A stretch of DNA of 64,000 bases from Octopus sinensis (GCF_006345805.1 NC_042998.1:24118001-24182000), one strand, 5' to 3'. Shown: positions 11,274-25,204, counted from the stretch's first letter. A program made the numbers and translations. The notes: generated from the letters alone by a model not told the origin.

Positions 11274-12904
11274 CTATCTGATATGCTAAATAGAACTGGA
11301 TGCGGATATAAATGTTACGGCAAAACGATCAGCCACCTTTTATATATGGATGACCTAAAACTATACGCTGCAAATGACAAACAGCTGGAAACACTATTAA
11401 AGACAGTTCATGGATTTACCAAAGAAATAGATATGAAATTTGGATTAGAAAAATGCGCCAAAGTAACCATGAAAAGAGGAAAACTAGTTAAGAGTAACAA
11501 CTTCACACTAGATAAAACCAATGAAATAAAAGAATTAGACCAAAGCCAAACTTACAAATACTTAGGAATCCATGAACTAGATAAGACACAACACACACAA
11601 ATGAAAGAGAAAATAAAAAAAGAATATTATAGACGAGTTAGATCAATACTAAACACAGAGCTCAATGTTAAAAACAAGATAATAGGTATCAACACTTTAG
11701 CTGTCCCAGTTATAAGTTACAGCTACAATATTCTTAACTGGACACGAAATGAACTGACCAAAATAGATAGGAAAACAAGAAAAATAATGACAGGATCTAG
11801 GATGCATCACCCAAAATCTGACATAGAAAGACTATATATACAACGTATAGAAGGTGGTAGAGGCCTTACACAGCTGGAAAACTACTATAAAATAACCACC
11901 ATAGGACTGCAAAAATATCTACTTCAGAAGGAAGGAAAACTGATCCAGATAGCGGCAAAACACGAGCAAAACAAAAAACTGTTCTCAGTATTTAAGGAAG
12001 CTGACAAATACAAACAAGAAATCATACCACCTAATAAACATGAAAAAGAAGAAGAAGAAGATGAAGAAACAACAAAAGCTATAAAACAAATGAAATCCAA
12101 ACTAAAAATAGAACAGCAACGAACCATGATAAAACGATGGCAAGAAAAGCCCCTTCATGGTAAATACTGGACCAAATTAAATGCAAAAGAAATAGACAAA
12201 GAAAAATCCCAGCAATGGTTGAGAAGCTCAGGACTCAAAGCAGAAACAGAGGGATTTTTAATTGCAGCACAAGACCAAAGCCTCCCCACCAGAAATTACC
12301 AAAAACATGTAATGAAAAGAAATATTACAAGTAACTGCAGAATATGTGGAGATGGACAAGAAACAATAAATCATATATCTCTAGCTGCCCAGTCCTGGCT
12401 AAGAAGGAATATATTCACAGACATGACAGAGTTGGAACCTACATACATTGGAAGCTATGCCAACATTATGGAATAACAACAGAAAAAAGATGGTATAGGC
12501 ACACACCAGAAAAGGTCACAGAAAACGAGAAAGCAACCATACTCTGGGATATGCCGATACACACAGATAGAGAAATTAAGGCCAACAGACCAGATATAGT
12601 TGTCAGAGATCATGCAGAAAAAAAATGCTTTCTAATTGATGTATCAATACCGGCTGATGACAACGTGTCTCTAAAAGAAATGGAGAAACTCTCAAAATAC
12701 AAAGACCTGGAAATAGAGGTAACTAGAATGTGGAATCTGAAAACAGAAACAATTCCTATCATAGTAGGTGCATTAGGCATGATAAAAAAATATTCAGACA
12801 AATACATAACAAAAACACCAGGACTTACAAACACATATAACATACAGAAAATTGCACTACTAGGCACTGCACACATCCTACGCAGAACACTTTCCATACA
12901 ATAA
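11274..12904 (+). pseudogene. Retrotransposon ORF with one frameshift at about 12375
   Basis: ORF 11130-12476 and ORF 12344-12904 join at ETINHI/ISSCPVL if one base is restored in catatatct. Confidence 0.85.
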
Positions 12905-13001
12905 CCATCAGAGCATCACAACAAATCACAGCACATACCCAAGGCACACAGAGCTGCGCTCGGTAGTGAAGTGAAAGCACACTATAAAAATAAAACTACT
13001 G
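11274..13001 (+). mobile_element. 5'-truncated R4/Dong-clade non-LTR retrotransposon (RT, CCHC knuckle, restriction-like endonuclease) inserted in (TAA)n
   Basis: SHLLYMDDLKLY, YKYLG, GGRGL, CRICG..ETINHI(I)SSC, RHD and ANRPDIV...IDVS motifs. TAA repeats on both sides. Confidence 0.9.
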
Positions 13002-13140
13002 AATAATAATAATAATAATAGTAATAATTCAGTTTTCAATGGTCTCCGGCAATCTTGGATAAGGCCAGAAAGCAATTATATTTTGTAGTTATTCATTTTT
13101 ATAGAACTGTAAAATAAGAAGAAAAAATCTGATAATAATA

Positions 13141-13326
13141 ACATTGAAAAATACCTTAGGAATGGGAACCCAGGTTCGAAATTTCCCCAAGACACCTGAA
13201 GAAGGCTGGAGAGTATATCAACTGAAACGTTGTGTTAACTACAAACAAGATGAGGACAAATATCCGTCAAATGTAAATAATGTAAATAATGTACATAATT
13301 CCTCGTCTCTTAAATATAGAACTGTA
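13141..13326 (+). mobile_element. Penelope-like pLTR fragment, family P1, right copy
   Basis: Inverted homolog of 10897-11040; also matches 36240-36345. Confidence 0.8.
13191..13236 (+). ncRNA. Minimal type I hammerhead (PLE type), slightly degenerate stem II
   Basis: GACAC-CTGAAGA-A-GGCTG...CAACT-GAAAC-GTT-GTGTT. Confidence 0.65.
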
Positions 13327-15189
13327 GGAAGCTAATATATTGATCACAATGCTGAATCAAGATATGTGGAACAGGGAACAAAATAAAGTTGGGTTAATTA
13401 AAAATACTCAGAACAGTTTTTAAAAAAAGGGATTCCAATGTAAGGTGACTAAAAGGAGCTATTAAGAATTAAGAGAATAACAGAAACAAAACATCAATTT
13501 ATTTGGCAGAAAAATATAAGAGCTTTTTGGCAAATGTACATGAATATCTTTAACAGGAATATCAATTTCTAACAAAGTCACACGGCAGAAATTTTGAGGA
13601 CGAGTAGAATCAACTATATTGATGCCACTTATTTTATTAACCCTGGAGAAATGGAAGGCAAAGCCTGCCCTGACAGTATTTGAACTCTGAGTGTCAAGAG
13701 ATGTAGCTAAATGCTGCTAGGCATTTTTTCTGATTCTCTAGTCATATTACCAATTTGCCATCCACTCTGTAGGAATATTAAAGAAAGCCTATCACAGGTT
13801 GTAAACCTTTCATAACTATATTTATAATGAAAACACAATTCCAAATGTATCTGTGTATAGGAATATGCAAGAATTTAGATGGATTTAATCAAAGTTACTG
13901 ACTCTGATATTAATTATAATGTATTTGGGAATACAACTTAACAAAAGAGTCTTACATAAAATCCACGAACACCTTAAAATGGCTTGTTTTGTATCATTAG
14001 AATCCAAGGTGGCCTTAGGTTGCTTTCAAAAGGGTTAAACAGATCAGGTGGCAACAGTCTATTATTAGATCTTGTCTGTTATTAGAAGACATTCTCAAAG
14101 GAAATCTTAATCAACGTTTCTTCAGCAACAATATCATTGACAGCAGTACTGGTTAAACGAATCCTTTTGCTCACAAGAATTAAACTTAGGAAGTATAATA
14201 TCGTAGTACATCACTTAGTTATCTGGATTTTGATAAGTTATTTTAATCGTCAGTGATTTTTAATCAGTTTGTAATTGTCTCTTACGAGTAAAACCTGTGA
14301 TAAAAATAGAAAATATAGTAATTAATCAATCATGCCAGCAACTTGCTTAATTTATGGTGCCCCAGGGATTTTTCAAGCGTATATTTATGAAGAAAACAAT
14401 TATTAGTTCTGTAGACATTTCATGTGGCTTCTAAAACAGGGGAAACAGATATAAAGTCTCTTTGCCGCAATAATAAATAACACTATAGTTTTACTTATAC
14501 TTATACAACATTAATAATATGGCTTTCAGGCTATAATCATATCAATTTTAATATGCTATTGAATAAAATGCAGCTGATTTTGTGCTAAATGAATTATAGA
14601 TTTTTAAATGTATATTACATAATACTCTTACACTCACACACATACACACAAATACACATACACACACACAAATACACAGATGAAGTAATATTCTGTATTC
14701 TGCATTAATGATAGAGAAAAGTGAGTTATGAAAAATAGTGAATAGACTAGTTATTAAATGGTTATCATTTTCAATAGAATGTTAATTATATTTATTTGAT
14801 GGTACTGATGGCTTCAAAATATTTTGACTTTACATCACTTATTGCTTCATCCTAAAATATTCATACCTAACCAGTTACAAAGAGAATGGCCACTGTTTGT
14901 TCCAAAATGATCCTGTATTTGGATAACAAAAAGAGACTGACAACATTGCACAAGAAGTCATATATATATATATAAATAGTGTGTACATTTAAACACATGA
15001 GGTATTTGTCATAGGATTGCTTTGACGCTAGAAGGAACAATTAAAGTCCAAACCACTATTAGAGATAAAATCTCGAATGGAATGAAAAATGAAAACATTT
15101 ACCATATATCTCCTGGACTATGGTTTCTGACTTCTTTTAGCAAATATATATATATATATATATATATGGATATGTATGTATGTAGTTGA

Positions 15190-15315
15190 AATTTATAGAA
15201 AAACAAAAGACGAAGACAGGTGTATGAACAACAAGCAGGTGTATTAGTTTGAGGCTCAGGAAAATAAAAATGTCTTTTACATTTCGAGCCTACACTCTTC
15301 GACAGAAAAGAATAA
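15190..15315 (-). mobile_element. Penelope-like pLTR fragment, family P2, with HHR-like motif
   Basis: Homologous to 27060-27245 and 53965-54130. Confidence 0.65.
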
Positions 15316-15369
15316 TAGAAAGTAAATAGAAAGAGAATGAAAATAAATTCATAGATTTAGCAGTCAAGC

Positions 15370-15590
15370 ACATACATCGGTGCTGGTGCCACATAGAAAG
15401 CACTGGTGCTGGAGCCATGTGAAAATTACCCAGTACACTTTGTAAAGGTGGGATTAGGATGAGCATCTTGCCATAGAAAACAAAGCCCAAAACAGAAAAC
15501 GGAGCATTGTTTGGAACCTCACTTTACTGGCTCTTATCAAATCGTCCAACCCATGCCAACATGAAAGCAGACATTAAAAGATGATGATGA
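15370..15590 (+). mobile_element. SINE-like repeat family R, diverged
   Basis: atcgtccaacccatgccaacatgaaagcagacattaaaagatgatgatg tail. Confidence 0.7.
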
Positions 15591-15623
15591 TTATATATAT
15601 ATATATATATATATATGCATCTA

Positions 15624-16195
15624 TAGGGTTGTCTGGAAAGTTCCTGCTGATTTTTAAAGGAAAGAAAAAGGTCAATAAATACTTGCCATTACATTTTTAA
15701 TCAACCAAATATGAACCATTTTGTTGCACAATGCGTCACCATCTTTCCTTTAACTTGAAAATACCCTCTTCCCAGAATTGAGGTGGTTTCATGGCAAAGA
15801 ATTCATCAAGGTATCTTTTTATGTCATCCAAGGAATTGAAATTTTTACCATTAAGACTATTCTGCAAAGACCTGAATAAGTGGAAATCTGAAGGAGCAAT
15901 ATCTGGTGAATATGGAGGGTGGGGTAACACATCCCATTCGAGCTGCAGCAATTTTTGTCTGGTTCCCAAAGCATCAATTGCTGAAAATGAACTTTCTTAT
16001 CTTCCATTTTAAAAAGTTACAAAATTAACACAGGTTATAGGAACATAAATCTTCTTCCACGAGAAGATAGTTTAAACTGTGAAAGATAGCTTAAATGGAG
16101 GTTTAGTCAAATCTATTTTATGGACTCAACCATGTTCTAAAATAAGTTGAAAGGTAAGCTACTATAAATTGGCACGAACTTTCCGGACAACCCAA
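15624..16195 (-). mobile_element. Internally deleted mariner with both TIRs and TA TSD
   Basis: TIRs tagggttgtctggaaagttc and gaactttccggacaacccaa, flanked by TA. Minus ORF LPHPPYSPDIAPSDFHLFRSLQN...KLKERW. Confidence 0.9.
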
Positions 16196-17012
16196 TATTA
16201 TGTATGTATGTATGTATGTATGTATGTATGTATGTATGTATGTATGTGTGTATGTATGGATGGATGGATGATAAATTTAATTTCCTGAATTTATATGTTG
16301 TATTTAATGATTTTGTTTGTTTCTTTCAAAATAAACTTAGTATGATTCATTTTGAGAATAATGAAGAATTTAGTAACATATCAAACTTTGTTATTTATTA
16401 TTAAACTGGTCATTTGTAACATAACATAAAACCTCATTTCATGAACTGTTAACGGGAAGTTTTAATCTAGATATGATCAATTTAGAACAGAAGGTTTTTA
16501 GAAATTCTGCCAGATCAGACTGGAGCCTGGTGCAGCCAACTGGTTTGCCAGCCCGCAGTCAAATCGTCCAACCCATGCTAACATGGAAATCAGACGTTAA
16601 ACAATGACGATGATGATGATGATGATGATGAGAACCAATGATGGGTTAGTTTAAATAAGGTTATCAGCATTAGTATTATGATGTTAATTGTTGTTCGTTA
16701 ACTCCATATGACTTCTAATTAAACAGGTCTATGAAGGAAAATGCTCCAGCTTGACCATCTCAAATTTCCTTGGCAGTGACAAGTGACCGAGACCTTTGGT
16801 GATATACTGTGTTTGAGATGACCAGTCAAGCCAAGTGAAATTGTAGTCATGGCTGATGCTGGTGCATATATTTACTCTTTAGTATTTCAAGATATTTTTA
16901 TGTAATTTTGGTAAATATATCTGTTAAAATGAGATGTCAGTGTTATTTTCATTTTTGCATAATTTAGAGAACAGTTCATTCGACTCATTCACTGCCCTAT
17001 ATATATATATAT

Positions 17013-17923
17013 ATATTAATAAATAAAACATATGCATATATATATACATACATATATATATATACATGCATATATGTGTACAGGACACCAAAAAAACGTC
17101 GAACACAATGAGAAACGAAAACATAGATACAAACCCAAGGAACTGAACATTTTTCTTAAACAACAAAAAAAAAATAGAGTACAGGACAAATAACACAAAG
17201 AAAAAACCCCTTCTTCAGTCGTCATGGTTTCATCTACTCTACGTTTCGAAGGTGAAGGCGAGACGTATCTTCGATAGAAACTTTCCTTCCTGCGAAAAGC
17301 AAATCAAATAAAATTTGAGATCTTTTTGCAGAGGGGTAAAAATGGTAACAAAAACAGGACAGTAACGACAGTACAAAATATAAGCAGTAAAAGACAGGAC
17401 AAGGAAAATAACAAGACAAGAAGGGCTGTTAAGGCGAACGAAAAAAAGTATTACGAACGCTATTTCTGTGGACGGCGAAGGGAGCAAAGAAAATTGCCGT
17501 CCACACCTCAAGAAGGTCAGGTGAGAAAGAAGGTGGCAAGGCTCTCATCGCGGGTTAACGGTGGGAGGGAGGAGGAGGAGTAAGAGAAAGGGAGAGAAGA
17601 AAGGGGAATGGTTGTGAGGAAACCAGAAAGAATGAAGAATGAGAGAGAGGGAGAGAGAGAGTGAAGAATGAGAGAGAGGAAGAGACAGTTAAGTAGAAGA
17701 AAAGGAAATCAAAGAATGAAGACTGAGAAAGGGAGGGGACAGAAAGGTTAAGAGTGCGCATCAAAATTAATATCAAGAACAATCTTACTTAGAAAGGATG
17801 CGTGCGTTCCGTCATATAATATATTAATAAATAAAACATATGCATATATATACACATATATGTACGTACCTACCTCTACATGTATATATACACGCATGAG
17901 TACAGGACACCCAAAAAACGTCG
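17013..17923 (-). mobile_element. Putative non-autonomous Penelope-like element with ~90-100 bp terminal direct repeats
   Basis: atattaataaataaaacatatgcata...tacaggacacc(a/c)aaaaaacgtcg at 17013-17101 and 17821-17923. Degenerate HHR-like motif at 17233-17283; hairpin gtggacggc/gccgtccac. Confidence 0.5.
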
Positions 17924-18364
17924 TATATGTATGTATATGTATATATATATATGTATATATATAACCAGCTGAAATTGCAAAGATAATCTGGAACTCGACT
18001 GAGGAAAGAAAACTCCGAATGACCCGTCCTTGTTTTCTTTGTATTGTCTGCCTGGATGCCTTGCATTCTTGTCGCATTTTTGTATTATATATATATATAT
18101 ATAGGAAAGAGGATTTGAAAATGCAGAGGTAATTTTTAAAGATGTTTATTGACTCGACCAGTTTCACTTTTTTAAAAAAGATTTTCAAAAGTAAAATGTA
18201 AGGCTCTGTGTAGCTTTTGTTATATATATATATACACACACACATACATACACACAGGTGAACACATAAGTGCAAAACAAGGTGGAAAAAATAATACTTA
18301 GATATTGGGCTTCATATATATGTATCCCAATATCACTTTGATGGTATGCATCGCTTTCTCATTC

Positions 18365-18407
<43 letters not shown>

Positions 18408-18683
18408 GCAATGATAGTAATAATAATAATCCTTTCTTCTAAAGGCACACAGCCTGAAATTTGGTAAGAAGGGACTAATTGATTAGATTGACTCCAGTGC
18501 TTCTCTGGTACTTAATTTATTGTCCCTGAAAGGATGAAAGACAAATTAGAATGAATGTAAAGATTGAACTCCTACAAAAATCAGTATAGCCACTCAGGTG
18601 TCTAATATCTGGTGTGAAACTGATTGGTAAGGTCAGCTGAAATGGATCTGTAATGCTAGATACTTTGATTAATTAATCTAACA

Positions 18684-18990
18684 TCATCATCATCATCATC
18701 ATCATTGTTTAATGTCCTTTTTCCATGCTAGCATGGGTTGGACGGTTTGACTGGGGTCTGGGAAGCCAGGAGGCTGCACCAGGCTCCAGTCTGACCTGGC
18801 AGTGTTTCTACAGCTGGATGCTCTTCCTAATGCCAACCACTTCGTGAGTGTAGTGGGTGCTTTTTACGTGCCACCAGCACAGGGGCCAGAGGAGGCTGGC
18901 AACGTCCACGATTGGTTGGGGCTTTTTATGTGCCACTGGCACGGATGCCAGTCAAAGCGGCACTGGCATCGTCTACATTCGGATAGTGTT
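18684..18990 (-). mobile_element. SINE-like repeat family R
   Basis: (CAT)n tail, conserved body and tandem subunits. Confidence 0.85.
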
Positions 18991-19083
18991 TTTTATTTGC
19001 CACCGGCACGGGTATCACAACTACAATTTCCATTTGATTTTTATTTTGATGTTGATGTACTTGACTCAATATGTCTCCTCAAG

Positions 19084-19470
19084 TGGGGGCGCAATGGCCC
19101 AGTGGTTAGGTCAGCGGACTCGTGGTCATAGGATCGCGGTTTCGATTCCCAGACCGGGCGTTGTGAGTGTTTATTGAGCGAAAACACCTAAAAGCTCCAC
19201 GACACTCCAGCAGGGGATGGTGGTGATCCCTGCTGTACTCTTTCACCACAACTTTCTCTCACTCTTACTTCCTGTTTCTGTTGTACCTGTATTTCAAGGG
19301 GCCGGCCTTGTCACTCTCTGTGTCACATTGAATATCCCCGAGAACTACGTTAAGGGTGCACGTGTCTGTGGAGTGCTCAGCCACTTACACGTTAATTTCA
19401 CGAGCAGGCTGTTCCGTTGATTCGGATCAACCGGAACCCTCATTGTCGTAACCGACAGAGTGCTTCCATC
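19084..19470 (+). mobile_element. tRNA-derived SINE family A, near full length
   Basis: ggcgcaatggcccagtggttagg (A box) and gtttcgattccc (B box). Shared with 45660, 62322 and 63842. Confidence 0.85.
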
Positions 19471-20021
19471 CATGTCTCCTCAAGCACAGCAGGTCACCCT
19501 ACGATCCAAGGTAAGCACAGCAGGCCGTTCTGCAAGCCATGAACTCACTTCATTTGTCGGATCTATTAACAAATATATGAGTGCCTATTTTTTCTGACCT
19601 ATAGGATTCTGTATCACTTGATAACCGGTGTTGGTTAGTTTACATCCTTGTAACTCAATAGTTTGGCAAGCGAGACTAAGCAAGTACATACTAGACTTAA
19701 AAGGAAAGTACTGGGGGTGATTTGTTTGACTAAACCTGTCAAAGGAGTGCCCCAACATGGCCACAATCTAATAACTGAAACATGTAAAAGATACAAGCTA
19801 CAAAATATATACACATTTTTTAATCTTTTATTCATTTCAGCCATGTGGCTGCGGTCATGCTGGAGCACCAACGTGGTTTTGTTGATTTCTTCAGTCTGGG
19901 GTGTTTCCCATCCCTACCCCTGTATGTGCTTTTGTTCCAGCCGTTGGCTCGTTTGGTGTATAAGGAAGTTTGATTCTGCTTTCCGCATCTGTACCTCATG
20001 TCAGGCCATTGGTTCATGCAT

Positions 20022-20285
20022 GGAGGCACATGGCCGAGTGGTTAGAGCACCAGACTCGCAGTCGAGGGATTGTAGATTCAAACCTCAGACCAGGCGATGT
20101 GTGTGTTTATGAGTGAAACACCTCAGCTCCACACGGCTCTGGCAGAAGGTAATGCCGAACTTCTGCTGACTCTTTCACCACAACTTTCCCTCACTCCTTC
20201 CTCCTGCATCTTGCAGCTCACCTGTGATGGACTGGCGTCTTGTCCAGGTGGGGAACCAATACTCCAAGGAACCAGGCATGGCTCG
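20022..20285 (+). mobile_element. tRNA-derived SINE, family A variant
   Basis: ggaggcacatggccgagtggttagagc head, then caactttccctcactc and tgatggactggcgtcttgtccagg, which is shared with 45856. Confidence 0.7.
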
Positions 20286-21489
20286 AGAAGGAACAAACAA
20301 AACAAAGATTGGTTCATGCGATATTGTGGAGAGGAGGATGTATACGTCTATATATAAATTCATATTTCTGTTAGTGTGTGTTTTCAACAAAACCAATCAA
20401 ATAAAATAATAATATTATACTATTCCAAAACCAATTTATTGTACTTACAATTAAACTATAATTACAGATCAATTGTGGTGTATTTTTATATGCAATCATT
20501 GTCAAATCTTACTGTTATTGTAATTTTTAAATTTAAGAAATTATTGAATCTATTAGAACACAATACAATTCAGATTTCATAGAGGCGGCTGTAATTATTT
20601 GTGATGAATACAATTTCAAACCAGCAGAGTAACAGTCCATTATGCTCTCTGTATTGCCTGTCTGTCTATCTCCCACCATCTCTGTCTCTGTCTCTTTTTC
20701 TCTCTTCTTCCTTCTCTCTTATTTTTCCCTTGTCTATCTAGCTTACTATATTGTCTGTATTGTTAGTTATGTCTGTCTCAAGATGAAGCAAGTCAATTCC
20801 ATTTTCACCATTTTTCTCTCAGCTCTACAAAGTAATAAACTAGATATGTCTGCTGCTTTTGTAATCCATCACAAGAGAATAAGCTACTGTAGTGAATATG
20901 AAGAAAAAGGGGAGAGAAAGAGAGAGAGAGACAGAGAGATAAAGAAAGAAAGGCATGAAGTGAAAGAGAGACTGTGTATGTGTGTTTGAGAGAGAGAGAG
21001 GGAGAGAAGGAGAGAGACGGTGGGGAGAGTTAATGTTTATTAGGCTATGGTAAAATGGTAAAAGCAAACTTTATTAGTTATTTCCTGATTATTGATTTAT
21101 CATGTTTCATATGTATTTCAGCTGTATGTTATTTTGACATTTCATCATTGTTCCATAAATACAGAAATGACTCTTTACAATAAAAAAAAAAGCAAAAACA
21201 AAAACAAAAAAAATAATAAAAACAGGAGAGAAATAGAAACAAAAAAGAAAAATACAGATACAAAACAACAACAAAAATATTAATAAAAAAATTTGTACTT
21301 GGAAAAAAAAAGCCCTATTGATTTTTTTTTTTGGTCTCATCTAGCAGAGAAAACAAAGACAAAACCATAAAACATACATATAAAATTATATAAGCTAATA
21401 CAGATATGATCATCATCATCATCATCATCGTTTAGCGTCCGTTTTCCATGCTAGCATGGGTTGGACGGTTCTACTGGGGTCTGTGAAGC

Positions 21490-21737
21490 TCATATATATG
21501 ATACATATATAATTATGCACACATACTTACATCTCATACATTCACATACACACACACTCACACACTGACACACACAAATGTGTATATATATATACATATA
21601 CAAAAATATGCACATACAAAATATACACACGTAAAAATATACACACAAAAATATACACACGAATATATATACACATATACATATATACATATATATGTAT
21701 GTACGTATGTATGTATGTATGTATTTATGTATGTATG

Positions 21738-21784
<47 letters not shown>

Positions 21785-21787
21785 GTA

Positions 21788-21825
<38 letters not shown>

Positions 21826-22554
21826 CACATGCATATATATATATGTATAGGTATATGTATGTATGTATGTATGTATATATATATATATATATACTCACAC
21901 ATATATATATATTTATATACACATACATACATACAAATGTGTATGTATTTATGTTTTTTGTCTAAAGTATGCAAAAACTTATTTTCATAAGTATAAATAT
22001 ATTCATTCACTTCTACATTAACATTTATGTATTCCCTGAATATCTTTCCCCGCCTCCGCACCCTTCGTTTCACCCCACCACCACACACCATCTGCCTCCC
22101 ACCACGCCCCCTCCATGCAAAAATACATATGCACCCTTAACTCTTATAGCTATCGACTGATAATGTAATTTTATCGTCATAAGAAGTAAGGAGAGGAGAG
22201 AACCAGGAATTTATATTCAGTGCACAAGCGTGGAGTTAGATTTTAAAAACTTTTATGCATACATACATACATATATACATACATACATACATACACATGC
22301 ACACACTTGCACACTCACCGACACATGTATTTGTGTGCATATGTTTGTAGGTATGTATGCATGTCTTCTCTCTCTTTCTCTCTGTTCCTCTATCTATCTA
22401 TCTATCTCTCTGTCTATGTCTATTCATACACACACATACATATATGTATATCTATATATCCACATACATTCATAAATACTTACATGTATGTGTATATATA
22501 TGTGTGTATATGTATATATACATATATATATATAAGTACACTGATATATGAATA

Positions 22555-22585
<31 letters not shown>

Positions 22586-22800
22586 ATATATGTATATATG
22601 TATATATATGTATATATGTATATATATACATATATATATATATACATACATATATATAAACATACACATATATATACATATATATATATGTGTATGTATG
22701 TATATATATATATGTATATACACATATGCCCATAACTATATTCATACATGCATACACACATACATAGATTCGTGAATACATACATATGTGTGTACACACA
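21490..22800. repeat. Complex TA/CA/TG microsatellite blocks
   Basis: Long low-complexity tracts. Confidence 0.9.
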
Positions 22801-22919
22801 TCTATATGCATTACACATTTCTAATTTAAAGTCATCTGGAAACTGATTCAAATAATCCAGTCTCCTTGCACTTCCCTTGTTACTCTATTTCCTTCTCTCA
22901 CCTCTGTCATACAGACACA

Positions 22920-22960
<41 letters not shown>

Positions 22961-23489
22961 ACAGACATAGATACATACACAGACATTGAATTGTACATAA
23001 TTTACTTTAGGTTTTTATATTGATTTCCAGAAAACAAAAATATTTATGCCATATAATGACATATATCCAGATATGATATGTGGTTAGGCAATATTGATGA
23101 TGACAGCTGCTGTAGAGAAATTTACATATGAAGATATTATAGTGCCATGACTGTGACGCATGGAAACAGTAATGCTGTCTTTAATATAGAAAGTTTCAGT
23201 TTGGTGCGATAGATAACAATTGTACTATTTTTCTTTGGTAATGTATGGCCTAAATTTATACCTAAGACAGCAAGAGTAGAGTTTAATAGACAAAGGAATC
23301 ATAGATTGCTTGGCAATAATTTCCATTCAGTCTGAAAAATGGTAAATTATAGATAATTAGCATGTGTATATGTGTGTGTGGTAAGTAGCTGTGTGGCTGT
23401 GTGGTAAGTAGCTGTGTGGCTGTGTGGTAAGTAGCTTGCTTACTAACCATATGGTTACAGGTTCATTCCCACTGCATGGCACCTTGGGC

Positions 23490-24385
23490 TAGCGTCTTAG
23501 GAGCATATTTGACATATTTTGCTTCATGAGTTCAATAAAGGCAACAATACTATGGAAAGTGCGAAGAATATTAATGCAGTACATGGGAATCGGACAATAA
23601 ATGTAACCCAGCTTCAATGGAGGTTCCAGAAATTCCAAGCCAGGAACTACAGCTTGGAAGATGAGCCTTGTCCTGGAAGATGTGTAGAACTCGATGAGGA
23701 TGTCCTGCAAAGCCTGGTGGAATGAAATGCCATCGTAACTGTTGAGGAACTAGCAGAGAAGCTTGTATTTGGTCATTCAACCATACATTGACACCTGCTT
23801 GCCATCAGAAAAGTCAGCAAATTGGGTCATTGGGTTCATCACAGACTTTCCAAGTCTAATCATGCACAGATAGGGAATGTGTGACCTTCTTTACTGTCAC
23901 ATTTGACCAAATAGTGACTGGTGATGAGAAATGGGTTCTCTATAAAAATGTCAAGCAGTTAAGACAATAAGTAGGGAAAGGAGAAACACTGGCACCCCAG
24001 ACTAAAGAAGGTCTTCACCCATGTAAGGCATTGTTATCTGTTTGGTGGGATATGAAAGGTTTAGTCCACTTTGAACTTTTAAACCCAAACCAAATGATAA
24101 CAAAGCAGATCTACTGAGAGTAGCTTGAATGGCTTAAGTCGGTTTCAAGATGAAAGGTGTTCTTCCATCAGAATAATTCTTGGCCACATACTGCGAGGAG
24201 CAGTTTGAATGGGAAACGATGTCTCACCCATCATATTCGACGGACATTGCCCCATCTGATTACCATTTATTCTGCAGTCTCAAAATCATTTGGGCGGAAA
24301 ATATATGAATTCTGTAGATGAAGTCCGAAGAATACTGGAGGAGTATTTTTCATCATGGACAAGTGAATTCTGGAAGAGGGGCTTT
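23490..24385 (+). pseudogene. Degraded mariner transposase
   Basis: Translates as EFNKGNN...SLEDEPCPGR, VTGDEKWVLY, WWD and TDIAPSDYHLF, with stops and frameshifts. Confidence 0.85.
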
Positions 24386-24744
24386 ACAAATCTGCCAGAT
24401 ACACTGGCAAAAATAAGTTTAAGACCAATGTAGACAGTCCTATTCTTTCATTAATTTATTTTTAACAAAACTGTATAAAATTATTTTACTTTTTACGGTC
24501 TATGTAGAATTTTTTCTCTTTCAAATGATACAGGTGATATATATCTTTCTACAATATGATTTTAATGTGCAATTAATTCAAATGATTAAAAATTGTCAGC
24601 AAAATAAGTTTAAGACTACCAACATTATTTCGTTTAAATTAAAATTTATGGCACAAATGATCAACGAACTCTCTGAGATATTTAGAAATTTAATATTTCT
24701 AATTTTGGTGATCAGTGAATAAACTTCACTGAAAATATATATAT

Positions 24745-25158
24745 ACTCTTTACTCTTTACTCTTTTACTTGTTTCAGTCATTTGACTGCAGCCATGCTGG
24801 AGCACCGCCTTTAATCGAGCAACTTGACCCTGAGACTTATTCTTTTGTAAGCCCAGTACTTATTCTATCGGTCTCTTTTGCCAAACCACTAAGTAACGAG
24901 GACATAAACACACCAGCATCGGTTGTCAAGCAATGCTAGGGGGACAAACACAGACACACAAACACACACACGCATATATACATATACATATATACGACGG
25001 GCTTCTTTCAGTTTCCGTCTACCAAATCCACTCACAAGGCTTTGGTCGGCCCGAGGCTATAGTAGAAGACACTTGCCCAAGGTGCCACGCAGTGGGACTG
25101 AACCTGGAACCATGTGGCTGGTAAACAAGCTACTTACCACACAGCCATTCCTGCGCCT
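24745..25158 (-). mobile_element. SINE family C (tRNA head, CORE-like accttgggcaagt, internal microsatellite, AGTAAAG tail) inserted into unit A2
   Basis: Full-length copy flanked by (TA)n. Confidence 0.9.
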
Positions 25159-25204
25159 ATATATATATATATTTTTATATTTACGAAGTCTAGACAAGTA
25201 TCTT

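Noticed and set aside
17990-18035. CTGAGGA...GAATGACCCGTC possible degenerate hammerhead
   Set aside because: It lacks GAAA and stem I does not pair; too many assumed mutations are needed.
19084-19160. tRNA-like sequences at SINE heads (also 7320, 11100, 45660, 62540)
   Set aside because: They lack a complete cloverleaf or acceptor stem and continue into SINE bodies, so they are not tRNA genes.
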